Shown piece by piece: positions 1-12,075 of a stretch of 64,000 bases of DNA. The notes beneath the pieces are model-generated. The model saw nothing but the letters and a program-made list of their open reading frames with translations. It had not been told where the DNA came from and did not search any database. Positions within the stretch are counted from its first letter, which is position 1, and every line of letters starts with the position of its first letter. Both the position numbers and the translations under genes were made by a program. Origin of the DNA: Ascidiella aspersa (taxonomy: Eukaryota); the NCBI GenBank assembly GCA_963924565.1, contig OZ004610.1, positions 10,540,001-10,604,000 on the forward strand. The letters are read 5' to 3'.

Positions 1-906
1 CCTATCACTAGGAAACAATTTATCAACTGAGGTCTGAGTGCAATGTTAATTTTCCTACACCAAGCTGAAGTTTATATATCGTGGGTTTACCTTGCCAGCT
101 ACAGCTATGCTTGTTGTCAACGTAGTCTATTGCATATTGCAACTAACTTTATCCAACACCACTTCTGCAGTCATTTGGTTTCCCCTTTTTTAGTATGATT
201 GTGTTTCCTTTTGTTTTTGCTATTTATTTTTTGCATTGTTTTTACTATTTGTGAAAGAATAGAATTTATAATAAAATGAACTAAATAAATTGTTTTTTTC
301 TTTTTAACAGTCTTTGGTAAGTGCTTTTATATTGTTAAGTTTTAATCTTCAAGTAAAATAAACAAATTATTATAAGTAGCCTAACTACAAAATCACCATA
401 ATTGCAAACATTTGTTATAATTTCACATAAACACACAATTTTATTGAAAATGAACTTTCAAGAATGTAAATAAACACCAAAAATCAAACTTAAATGAAGG
501 AAGTTTACTTTTCATGTTTACAGTGTAGCTTGAAAACAATGTTGAACAATTTTTTTGTTAAATTATAATTGCCTTTAAAAAATCCTCTTGATGCAGTAAA
601 GATATCTTGCAAATCTTAGAGCAGGGAGTCCGGTAACAGCAGGATTTTAAATATTTCTACTATTCTGTTAAAAACAGGGGTACATCTGCTGTAACACAAT
701 GTGCTAGGTTTTATTTTGAACATATTTAGATATTTTGTTATCGATTCATAGGAAAACAACAAAAATAACTGGCCACTTCAATTTTTTCAATGATTGCATT
801 ATTTTCATGATTAATTTTCTAACTCATTTAAGTAATTTCTTAGCCGGTAAATAACAAAAACTGTGCATATTGGATATTTGCCTGGCACACTGGAGTAGGC
901 ATACAC

Positions 907-1064
907 TATAATCCTACCACAGTTATGCAATAAACCCACAATATTTGAGTTAGGGTGTCAGTTAGCGTTTGGGTGTTGGTGGGTCAAATATTATTTATTT
1001 AATTATAATACTTTACCCACCCTAACCCAAATAATGTTTCTCGTGGTAGGATTCTAGACCATCG
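907..1064. mobile_element. degenerate fold-back (palindromic) MITE, same family as 58104..58308
   Basis: Ends aatcctaccac...gtggtaggattctagacc are inverted repeats. Internal gttagggtgt/gttagcgtttggg/ggtgggtcaa and acccaccctaacccaaa blocks are shared with the 58.1 kb copy. Confidence 0.7.
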
Positions 1065-1988
1065 TCCCACTTGTAATTATATATGCATTTACCTTCTTAG
1101 TGATCTGGGAAAATAGCGTTTTACCTAACTAAAATACCTAAACCTATAGTTGCTATTTTTTCGTTCGAACGCCACTCTAACCAAATTAATGCGATATAAC
1201 ACACAAATGTAACATTTTTCAACTTAATTCCGTTCATTATGCATATACGTTTGTATATTGGGACGTTGCAATTTACAAACTTGACCAAAAAGGTAAAAAC
1301 GACGATTTTCTATTTCACTCCCATAAGAGCCCATTATAAATTGAGGCAATTTGAGTAACATTTGAGCGCGCATGAATGTGAGTTGCACAACTTGTATAAC
1401 TTCTATGGACTTTGATTACGTAGCTATCCTTTGATTTTGTGCCTTTTGTTTTTACTTGCGCCACCCTCGGATATTAATTAAGTATTACACTAAAGGTAAG
1501 TTGGTATTTGTCAGTTAAAATATATGTTAGTGAGACAATGTGAAAACCCCACATAGCAATAAATCATAATTGCGCGAAACGCGGATCCATTAGGAACACA
1601 AAACATAGCACATTGCAAAAATTCTGTGTCGCAAGCCTGTTGTTACTTGTTACATAAAAAAGATTAAAGAGAAATACTTTAAACGTTTGTCTAGAAGCTT
1701 ACTTAAGCGAACACAGTTAGGAAAGAAGACCATAGTTATGTGCCTCGGTGGTTTTGCTATGCAAAGGGCAATAAAACGTTTTGTAGTTCAAGACAGTAAT
1801 AGTAAATGTGCTCAATGATTTCATATTTTTAGTACTCTATGGTGCTTTACATTACGTTTCGTTCCGGCTCAGTTCCGATCTATCACGTGTTTTAATTTCC
1901 CCACGTTACTATCAAAGTGCTGCAAGAATTCAGTTACACCAGCCCCAAGTAATTTTCTTTAAAAGGAAAATTCGTTACTCAAAACGAC

Positions 1989-4900
1989 ATGTTAGCCGAA
2001 GGTAAATATGGTACTCAAATGAAAATGTTATTTTGGCACTGGTCTAGAATCCTACCACAATTATTAAATCAACGCACAATATTTGGGATAGCGCCGTTAT
2101 TTTTTATAAAGTGTCGTTTCTACAATTGTATACTCAAGTATAACTTGACTATTTCCAGATTGGAAACTTTGGATTTTGCAGCTTGAAATTGCGCGGCTGT
2201 AATGACATTTCTGCCTAAATTTGCGCGGCTGTAGTAACGTTATTTGTACATTTTGCACGGCTGAAAATGGAGTACTATACTGAAAACCGTTAGAGCAATT
2301 TTTCGTGGCTGACCCATTTAACGTTGAATTTACACAAAATGCGCGGCTATTACCGCGGCAGAGCGAAAAACTTATCCCCCGCGCACGCCTTACTTTCCAA
2401 CCTGGGACTATTTACTGTTGAACTCTGAACATGAACAACATAAGCTATGTGTAGATTTAAAAAAAAGTCAAGGACCTAATCTTAGTATATTTACTCAATA
2501 TTTTTTTAATAATGAAATGTTATACATTTAAGCACGTCGAAAGCAAAAATGGTCTTCCGATCCTCGTAATTCTACATGGACCAATGATGAATCAAGATTT
2601 GGTGTAAAAATGATGGAAAAAATGGGATGGCAAAAAGGCAAAGTATGCAGTTTAAAAAACATTTAATAAGATCAATTAATTAGGTTTAAAAAATGGCTAA
2701 CTGACCAGATAGATCATTTACGCTTGCACCACAACATGAATTATTTGGATTTTTTCTGCCGTGCACCCGCTAGATCTTGACGAGATCTGCCATACTTTCC
2801 AGTAGTGGTGGTAGTATAAGATATTAACTTTCTGAGTTTCACATAATTTCAATAATTTTTAGAAATCGATTAAAATTTCTCGTAAGCTGGGTAAATACCC
2901 TTAGAAGGTGGCCTATATGGTGTTTGATTGGATCGCTGTTTTATGCTTGCACCCTTTGGTGATTATATGTTGATTTGAACTACTGTGGTGTCCGGGTGAA
3001 TAGCCTCTTTCTTAGGTTTATAGTCAAATCTGCTATACCACTGTGAACACCCGGTAAATGCAATTTTCAAAAGCACCTAAATCGGAAAAGTGTACATCTT
3101 TACTTTGAAAAAACACAAGTTTAATTAGTGATTGAGCTTCAACATATAAATTATCATGTTTATGATTTTATTAGAGTTTGATTAGGTTTGTCTAAATTTT
3201 AAAGAGACATGGCCTGTATTTTGCAGGTGCACTCATGACAGTATTTTTTTTTTCCTGAATTGACAACTTGTGCACTTAAACTTAGAAAAAAGGGTAAATT
3301 GTGGTGTGGTGAACAAAGCATGATTGCACACCTCAAAACTTGGTGCTGCAAGGTGCACACCTGAGATCTAGGTATGAAGTACCATGAAATGCAAACTAGC
3401 TAAAGAGCATTAAAGTAACAATACAACATTGTATTTTTTATGCATATTTTTTGTTTGGTAAATAAAATTATATACAGCAAGACTTTTAAGTTGACAACAC
3501 ACCTCCAAGGATATAAACAAACCATTTTTAAAACTCAGGGATTGGGAGTAAATGAAGATGGCAGCACCAATCATGTTAAAGTATCCAAAAAGAATGACAA
3601 CAAGGGACTGGGATGTAGTTTAACTTACGAGGTATTTTTTTTTTTATTGATTTATTTTTGTGGCAGATGTGGACCAGTTTAACATTTGCAAATTATGAAT
3701 GGTTAATGCCATGCAGTAAAATTAGTTCTACTTTTCCATTCTTATCAATCAAAATTGTAGAATATTGCTTACAAAGATTAATTGTAGAATATTGCTTACC
3801 AATATTATGTTGTTGTGTGCTCCTCTACATATAAGTCTACATATAGGTCAAAAACTCAAATTTGACCAGTTAACATTGGAGCAACATTTCAGGTTATCAA
3901 AGCTACTAAAATTATGTGCTTGTTTCTGTAGTTGTGTTTTCAGAGACAATAAACAATTTTTTAAACCTTTTAAACTTGTTTCAACTTTTTTATCTTCCCT
4001 TGAATAAATAAATAAAAATTCAGCTATTTAGTTTTTAACATGTTCATTATATTAACCAGCTAATGATGTGCATCACACCAGTAAAATTATCTAATAATAA
4101 TGTTTTGCAGCACAACTGGGTTGCGCATCAAGATGATTTTGCTTCCCTCTTAAGTCAACTGAACAATGACAACAAAAAAGAAAATTCTACAAAAGGTTTA
4201 CATTTTATAGTGCACAATTGGTTGTTTTGTTTTACTTATTTAAATTATGATTACCATGTTTCATTTATAATGTTTGAAACTTGACCCCTTTTATTTCTAG
4301 ATAAGGATATAAGTGTTTCCAACCTCGAAATGAAGTCGAAGTCCCAAAAAACTTTGCACTACCAAAAGTTTGCCAGAGGTCTGTATTTATACTATTTCTA
4401 TGTTATATAAATTTAAATACTTAATTATTCTCATGGTTTTTTTTATATGAATTAGGCTAGTTAAAGTTTAATTTTTTAAAGTTTGTAATTTCAATTTGTA
4501 ATGCTAAAAGTTCTTTCAATTGTTAAGGCAAAAATTTATCGCTGTACAAAAAGGAAGACATGTCTGCAATTTTTGGTAAGATGCCTGATCCCAATGAGGC
4601 TTTGGAACAAAATGTAAGTAGCCTAGATACCCTATCTAACACTAAAATTCATTTTTAATTACACATGTGTTTTTTTCTCAACAGAAAATAAGTAAAGATA
4701 AACAGAAAAAACGTAAATCAAAAAAGACGAAAAAGATACCTGTTGAAGTTGATGTTCCTCAAGAAGGAAACACAACCAATTCAGAGTACAATGTACAGGA
4801 ATATTTCGCTATGCGAATGGCTATGATATCGGGAAAACGGACTGCTCAAGTAAAAATGAACATGTTTATCAAGTAAAGTAGAATAGGTCGCCAAGTTGTT

Positions 4901-5757
4901 ATGTGTCGTGACTCGTGAGATCTCGTGGCCAAAACTAGTAGTTAGGTTAGGGATGTCAAATTTATTTTTTCCGATACTAATACCTGATGTTTTGGACAAC
5001 AAGCCGATCCGGTAGCAAATGGCGTCGTTACCAAGCTCAAAAAAGAAAAAATATGAAATGAAACGTTCAAAGCAATTTTACCAATATATTACGCCAAAAA
5101 GGAAGTTTAGTTACCTCAAGTTATTAACCTAATGTTTTTATGATAAGTGTACCGTTTAAAATTAAAATCTGCCTTTGATCGCAAATCATTGCTAAAATTC
5201 CTCTATTAATTTGTTATCGGATAGGCACTGATAAATCATCCTAGTATGGGCAAGTAATAATACTACCATTTGTCATCGGGTATCGGCTCCGATCCGATAA
5301 TATATTATCGGACATCCCTAAAGCTAACTTGTTTTTCAATGGCCCTCATAATCCATTTGCCAACCATATAATGTAGATCAAGCTTAACCATAAAAAATGT
5401 AGATGGTCGAACTGTTTTTCAATGACAACACAATAAGCGTGTCAACTCGGATTTGCAGCCATTTTTCTGCAGTTTGTTACAGCGTGCGTTACATAAATTA
5501 CTAAAACAACAAAATCGTTTCGCGAAGATTTCTTATGTTTTTTGTTTGTTTAGGCGGTGGCATCCGATGAACGTGAAAGTGTTTCAAAGGAGATTTGCAC
5601 TCCTGTCGCGTCCGACAACGAGTGCCAGCCTCCTAAGAAAAAGAAGAGCAAAAAATCCAAGAAAAGCAAAAATAAAACTAAGCTGGAAAAAGAATCGGCT
5701 TCCTCCCTAAATGTTTCGCTTGCCTCGGCGCCTATTGTAAATGCGTGCCCATCCTAA
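1989..5757 (+). CDS. PINX1: PIN2/TERF1-interacting telomerase inhibitor 1 (G-patch protein), 8 coding exons, ~277 aa
   Basis: join(1989..2001,2533..2642,3539..3631,4111..4195,4301..4378,4528..4613,4685..4849,5554..5757), all GT-AG and phase-consistent (834 nt). Translation MLAEARRKQKWSSDPRNSTWTNDESRFGVKMMEKMGWQKGKGLGVNEDGSTNHVKVSKKNDNKGLG..HNWVAHQDDFASLLSQLN..HYQKFARGKNLS..AIFGK..VQEYFAMRMA matches the PINX1/Pxr1 N-terminus, G-patch and QEYFA motif, followed by a Lys-rich tail. The last exon is the least certain. Confidence 0.92.
2035..2092. mobile_element. truncated end of the same fold-back MITE family, in PINX1 intron 1
   Basis: ggcactggtctagaatcctaccacaa closely matches the 58104 terminus cggcgctggtctagaatcctaccacaa. 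Confidence 0.65.
2155..2405. mobile_element. MITE with perfect 8-bp TSD in PINX1 intron 1
   Basis: TIR ccagattggaaac / ctttccaacctgg. TSD GACTATTT at 2147..2154 and 2406..2413. Internal gcgcggct-like repeats. Confidence 0.75.
4948..5320. mobile_element. MITE (TAGGGATG termini, ccgat/atcgg subterminal repeats) in PINX1 intron 7
   Basis: TIR tagggatgtc / gacatcccta. Repeated ccgat(a) on the left and atcgg on the right. No clear TSD. Confidence 0.65.
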
Positions 5758-6469
5758 CGTACAGTTTGTCTCGGTTAGGAAATTTCTTTGGCAGACTTGG
5801 CTGACCTCACGCTCGTAATTCGTCGTCTAGTTTTCACCTACAAACCCTTGGTTTAGCAATATTTAGCTGCTAAAGATGCAACTTCTTTCTTTTGAACCTA
5901 TTAAGTGCATACACGTTTTGCTGGTGGTTGGACGTGCCGCTCCAAGAATTACTGAGGACAGGTGTCTACAGTGGAATTAAACTCTACATCAGTTATTATG
6001 GAGTTAACTTTGGAAATCCCACAAAAAATATCCACCACTTTTTTTTAAACTGTACAGGTTAATATTGTTCACTATGGTGTCTCTGTACTCCCAATTTCAC
6101 TGAAAAAGTAAACGGGTTGCAAAGGTTATCACAATTTTTATTACTGTGCTACTCTCGTTGGAACATTTAACTGTTTTAAGGAAAAGTAGATCGTTTCCGT
6201 TAGTCAACGTGAAAATACACTTAAATGCGAATTTCCGTTCATTAAAATATGCAGTATTACAAATTGTCAGCACTCGGCCGCTTCAACCCAGTTGACCGAA
6301 ATAGGGTAGATAAGCAACAACCCACAAGTAAGGATTTACAGTTTGCGGCGTTATTGGTCCCGAACTTGCTGCTGCGAACGTTGGCCTAATAAAAAAACGC
6401 TAAAGCGATATCAAATGTATCTGTATAGTTTCGACGTTAGCCATGGATCTAACCTGCGATTCCCGTGGA

Positions 6470-6650
6470 AATGTTGCCTTGGTGGGCCACACAGGATTAC
6501 TAAAGCTCGCAACGATGACCCATCGTTCGATAATATTATTCCTAAACAGGTTTTACTCCGCGGTAGTTTAACTCTTGGCAAACAATCTGCAGGCCGACAA
6601 TACATTGGAGAAATTCGTTGATTTAAAAGTGCTCGTTTGAATGGGAATGT
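6470..6650 (+). mobile_element. decayed RTE-type LINE ORF2 C-terminal fragment
   Basis: Peptide IPKQVLLRGSLTLGKQSAGRQ resembles the RTE-clade C-terminal motif (PKQxLxGxLxxGKRSxGR), preceded by a frameshifted W-x-G-H-like stretch. Recognised by eye only. Confidence 0.35.
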
Positions 6651-7024
6651 TCTTCTTTGTAACAGTAGGCAAATGTCGAAGTGCCAACCGGATCAAAGAT
6701 ATAAAAGTACGGCATATTTTGCTCAAAGTTTACCAATGTGTACCTATACTTAACCTTTGAAACTCTCTTTGGCTAATGTGGCGTTGAGACCGACGCGTTT
6801 TAGTTCGAAGTATTACAAACATCCACGAAATAAAAGCATCTTTCCCGTCGTGTCAAATTGTTACGCTTTTCGTTGGAAACAATCAAATGGTATTTAGGAC
6901 ACATTTTTTATTGTGATTTGGAACGCCATCTGGCTCTTCCGGTTTCTTTAATGTAATTTGTTTAGTCAACTTTGACGAAGGAATTTTTGTGCACTATTTG
7001 TAATATTTTGCATAATGTTAACAA

Positions 7025-7391
7025 CAGGACTGCGGAGTCGGTTCAAAATAACCCGACTCCGGCCAAATGTGTAATTTTGTCAAGCCCCGAGTCCGGCTCA
7101 GACTCTACAGCCTGTATTACGTCAATTAACGTAATTAAATACTATGGATACTCAATATCCACTTATAGGGGTGTCATATTACTTATTTACACGCAATACA
7201 TGGTTGGAAAAGATTACATCATATGCTATTCCATCTTTAGAGTTTGCGGCCTTATCAGTTTCAAAATTTAGTACTGCCCAGTGCCCATGCGCACGTCGGA
7301 CTCGGGACTCGGGCAGTTTTACGTGGTCTTACTCGAGTTCCTGCTTGTTTTTTACTTCAGCAAAGCAAAGGACTCCGACTTCGCGACACTA
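7025..7391. mobile_element. hAT-type MITE (ggagtcg/cgactcc subterminal repeats)
   Basis: Termini caggactgcggagtcgg / ccgacttcgcgacacta. TSD gttaacaa / gttaacag. An inverted sister copy lies at 20264..20632 (shared tacatggttggaaaa and actctacagcctg). Confidence 0.7.
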
Positions 7392-7994
7392 GTTAACAGT
7401 TTAATGTCATTAAACAAGTTATACCAAATTGAAGAAACGCCTGGCGTATAGACAAAAAAAAGGTGTATAAACAAAAAACTCTCGCAAGGTGGCGCAAACA
7501 CGCTATTTTTAATCTTTAACTTTTGTGTTAGTAACTTTAGTAACTGCCTCATATTGGGCGACTGAACAAATGCTATACAAAAAACGATAGACCTTATTCT
7601 TGTCAGCGTGTTGATATTTCTTGGGCTTATCTAAAAATCGGAAAAAGTTAAAATTTAAAATGGGAATATTGTTTACATTTTTGCATGAACTTATGTGGCT
7701 TGAGGAGGCTGCATATTAAGTGAACAAAATTGTATTTTAGAGCAAAGTTTAATAACCAGCGTAGAAAATTTTGTGCTACGAAATCTGCATTTTTGTTGAG
7801 TAAAAACACTTAATTTGTTGGGCTCTTCCAGTATACCGGTACCCCTACACTAAAAGTGTAACATCTTCTTTTACACCTTGGGCACACCTATTTAATTGTA
7901 TGAGGAGGTTCATAATTTATATATTCCGATTCGCTGCACGACCAATGTATAAGCGCTGGATGGATTTTTGTAGATGTTTTAGACTTGTGGTCTC

Positions 7995-8435
7995 CAGGGG
8001 TGGGCAAATGTTTTCAATTGAAGAGCCATTTACAGAAAATACAAGTAACAGAGAGCCTCACAATTATTTCAATACAAAAACAGTAAATAATGCAAGTTCA
8101 GCAATAATAACAGAATTGTAATATAACGAAACGGTAATAATAACGGTAATAACAAAAAAACCCACACAATATTTATAAATATCAGTCTTTTGTTTTATTT
8201 GCTAATCTCTGAAACCTTAGCAATAAAATTGTGTGGACTTGTTGTTAACTAACCCCTCAAATTCTATGTATAGTGTTACGTCATAAACGAAATGCTTGCC
8301 TAAATAAAGAAAAGAAAAAGAGAGAAACGTTCGCAAAGGGTACTGTTAGTAAAAGTTTACAATTTTCTTGGAATTTTACGATTCGACCAAAAGAGCCACA
8401 AAAAACATGCCGGCGAGCCACAGTTTTCACCCCTG
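7995..8435. mobile_element. hAT-type MITE (CAGGGG termini)
   Basis: caggggtgggcaaa ... gttttcacccctg, with gagcca subterminal repeats at both ends. TSD not recognisable. Confidence 0.55.
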
Positions 8436-8841
8436 GGAAAGGCTAACCACTTACGCCAAACGGTTGCCTCTTCGTGGCCTTGTTTTATTTGCTGGAATGC
8501 AAATTGAAAAAAACAAACATTTGCACTATTACATCCGATATATGTTAGGACAAAAAAGCGCTATGCGAAACACGGATTAGGTTTATAGTCGGTCTTACCC
8601 AGTTTTAAATTCATTTTAGCTAGCCCATTTTGCTTTAAAGTTTAAACAATATAAAGGTGGTTTTACGCTTTGTGTGAATCGATAACATCATTGTAATATA
8701 GCTTTTGCATTCAAAGTAGCACCTCTCTAAACTTTTAGATATTAAACGAAATGTATATAGTGTTCTTAAAATTACTTCTTTGTGAAGTCACGTTTAGATG
8801 TTGAACTTTGTGACGTCATCTCTAAAAAAGTTCGTTGTCAA

Positions 8842-9299
8842 CAGTGTTGTAACGACTCTTTATGATTAGACATGACTTTGAATTAAGTGTAGGCCTACTT
8901 AAGTCACTGTTTTAAAATGACTTGACCTGACTTTAGTCGTTCTGGCAAATGAATTTACTTGACTTAAGTATTTTTTACAAAAGACTTGACTTAAATATGT
9001 GTTTTTATTTAACACTATTTTATAAAATGTTATTTATTTCAAGTTTTGCACTTGCAACAATTAGATTGGTACATGTTGTTTTTTTAATTTGCCTATTGCT
9101 CATATAATCTGACGAGTGTACCAATTTTAATAGCTTCTCGTTTATTTTAATATTAGTGATTAGACTTGGATATGACTTGCTCTAATGACTTGACTGGGAC
9201 TTAAACCTGGGCAACTGATTAAATGGACTTGGGCCTGAATTGTTATTTATTTTATACTTGGACTTAAAGTCATTTCAAGATGCCTTGTTTACAACAGTG
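8842..9299. mobile_element. hAT-type MITE with gacttga repeats
   Basis: TIR cagtgttgtaac / gtttacaacagtg. TSD gttgtcaa / gtggtcaa. Many gactt(g) subterminal repeats. Confidence 0.65.
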
Positions 9300-11629
9300 G
9301 TGGTCAATCCATTTAAAAATCCTGGTTCGGCGCGTGATGACTGCATTTTAACGCATTCCGATATACTAAAAGTATCACGCCGGGCGCCTTGGGGCTTCCT
9401 CTAGCACTTCAAGATGCAAAATGGCGCCTTATCCGTGCATTTAGTGCGCGGAAAGAAAGTACAATGCCCGCGCATAATTGTATAACCCTCGAGTTTTCCC
9501 GCTTTTGGAAAAAGAACTTTCTCGCCGAGACAAAGGCCGGACGCCAACGCGACTGGAATGACTCAGTCAGTCGCTGCCCGCCCGACGGCGTGCGAAACAT
9601 TTTTCGAACGATCGCACGATTTGCATACCTTTCCTTTAAACCCCCATTCCCCCCTGTCCTCACTGCGACCGGGAAAGTTTCGGGGACCCTTCCGCGCTAC
9701 CATTGTTGCCGTTGGGAGCGTGGCCTCGCAGCACCCCGGTTGGGTCATAACGATGTCACAGCGACACTTAGATATACCTCCTCACGTCGGGTTATACATC
9801 CACAAGTCACAGTAAGGATTGAGGGTCAATGGATCAACATTCGAGTTTTATTTTGATTAAATGAGAACGTATTTAGTAAAAAGTGCTCCTTTGGATTTTA
9901 AACGCGTTGGTTGCTCGACAAAACGGCTTTGAAATGTGCACAGCGAAAAACAAACTTTTCATTTTTCTAGGATCACGGTATATACTAAGTGCACTTCATT
10001 CCTCTAGAGCGCAAGTGGCAGTTATTCAAATGTAAAAAAATACACATATGCTGCATTTAGTTGTTACTTTTATAAAAAAAATACTTTTATATTTATGCAA
10101 AATAAATAACATTATTAAAATTCATTGCTTATAGTTGTAGGCTTAACACTGGTGTACATTTACTTTTCAAAAGATTCTCTCATTCAAAATAGGGTTCCCA
10201 ATGGAGCAGTTTTGCTTTTTTGATGAAAGGCTGATTCCTTTTATTATAGGAGGAAGGACTATTCTATTGTTAACGCAGTTTGAATTCTGATTTTCATAGA
10301 GCAAACGCTTCTCGTCAGTGATTAAGTTATGTTGCTGACAAAATATATCAACAATTTTATAGTAGCCAAAATATTTACAAAATACAGAGATACCTATAGT
10401 ATTTCTGTAGATAACCGAGAGTATGTATTTTACAATACCGGAACATCCATCGCTGAAGTGCACAAAATGGAGTAATGTATATAGCTTGCTGATAACCAAC
10501 TGACATGAATTAAGGAAATTTAGCAAAATTTAAAATATTTTGATTTCCAAGCTTTTATCTTAGCATAAACTACTTGTCAAATGGTTTATTATATCTTTAT
10601 CCCTACTTTCGACATTCATGTGAGGGATCATGAATTCAACAATTAGATACGAATACGCCTGCCACCGTTGTAAAACGCTGTCAAACCAGTTAGCTCTAGT
10701 TACAAATATTAGTAAAAGTCTTTTTTACAGATAATATCCTCTTATGTTAATCCATATAGAGTCGAATAGAAAAACACGTTTTTTTTTCTTTTGCAGTGCT
10801 GTATCACAATTGTTACGAATCTGCAGGAAGTATTTGTAATACTGCAAACAAGCAAAGCTGCGTGAGAAACAGTTAAATAGTCAAGCTTATTCCAATACAT
10901 TCAAGTATATATGGCAGGTTTGCCTGATGAACTAAGAAATTTTCTTAGCGGTACATCGTTCCTGCAATTTTTTGTCAGCGGAACGCCGTTCCAAACCGTT
11001 CCGGCTTAGCTTCATTACTGCATTATAGGCGAATTCGCCAGCCTTACCCTCCAAAGATAACATTACAGGGGGCGCCAACTTTAGCGTGGAAGACTCGTTA
11101 GCTTAACTTGGCGGTCGCAATGCAGCAGTTATTCGACGTTCTTTGCCGTGAAATATGTCGTCCCGTTACACGCACGCCCTTAAAATTAATGACCAATATT
11201 ATCTCGGCACAGTACCGGCGTTAAATTACATTGTCAATTTCCGACCAGCTTTCATGTTGAAACTGTACGAATGCGACGGTGCTTGACCGCTCCGTTTTCC
11301 CTCTTTTTCAGCTATAGCACACATGAAGTGCAAATCGGAAATATGGTTATGTCGACGTCATTTAGCGCGGCTGTTAACGATTCGCTGAAATAACGGGGTG
11401 ATACAAAAAGGACAAGTCACAGCTTTCCGCATATTATATATTGCTCCTTAACAAAGAACAGTAATATAAGACACCCGCGTAATAGCGTTTGCTAATATTT
11501 TGTGTTCAACCCGGCAGTTGTAAGCATTCGGGTAAAAACATACAGCAGCGTTTTCTTTCAATCCGGTCATGGTCAAGAGATTTAAAAACTATTTTTAGTT
11601 AAACCCAGGTCATTTTCAACAAATAGTAA

Positions 11630-12075
11630 ATCCGAGTCTAACTTATCAGTTACCCAAGTCAAGTCCTAATTCCAAATCAAGTCCTAAAAGTTACCCAAGG
11701 CAAGCCCAAGTGGCAGACATAAGAAATTAGTACCAGTAAAAATAAATGTGAACTACCAAAATTGCAAAACTATTTAAACTTTTTATATTGTTTTGCATTG
11801 CATATACGAAAACAAAGCAAAAAGCACACTCTAAACGTTTTCATGTCGAAATATTGACATTCATAACCAAATTAAGTAAGCAAAAACTACATTCATATAA
11901 AAGTTGAAGTTTAGAGTTTAGAAGCTATCGGCATGTATATATGATATAAACTCAAGTCAAATTATTTGTAATAGTGACTCAAAGTTAAGGCAAATAAATT
12001 TCTCTGATGAACCAAGTCAAGGTATTTAAAATTAGAATGCTTTTTGAAATCAAAGTTTTCCTTACTCCTAACACG
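11630..12075. mobile_element. degenerate inverted relative of the 8842..9299 MITE (caagtc repeats)
   Basis: Clusters of caagtc/aagtcaa, the reverse complement of gacttg, at both ends. Termini eroded. Confidence 0.4.

Noticed and set aside
1093-1104. 12-nt minus-strand micro-exon candidate (cccag|ATCACTAAGAAG|gtaaat) and a possible gene in 1..900
   Set aside because: No neighbouring exons with a recognisable product could be assembled.
1496-1965. Possible PINX1 5' UTR intron (aag|gtaagt ... ttctttaaaag)
   Set aside because: It is plausible but cannot be distinguished from chance sites or a trans-splice acceptor without transcripts.
907-2092. Functional link between telomere-like repeats and the telomerase inhibitor PINX1
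   Set aside because: The repeats belong to a dispersed MITE also present at 58.1 kb, so the association is most likely coincidental.
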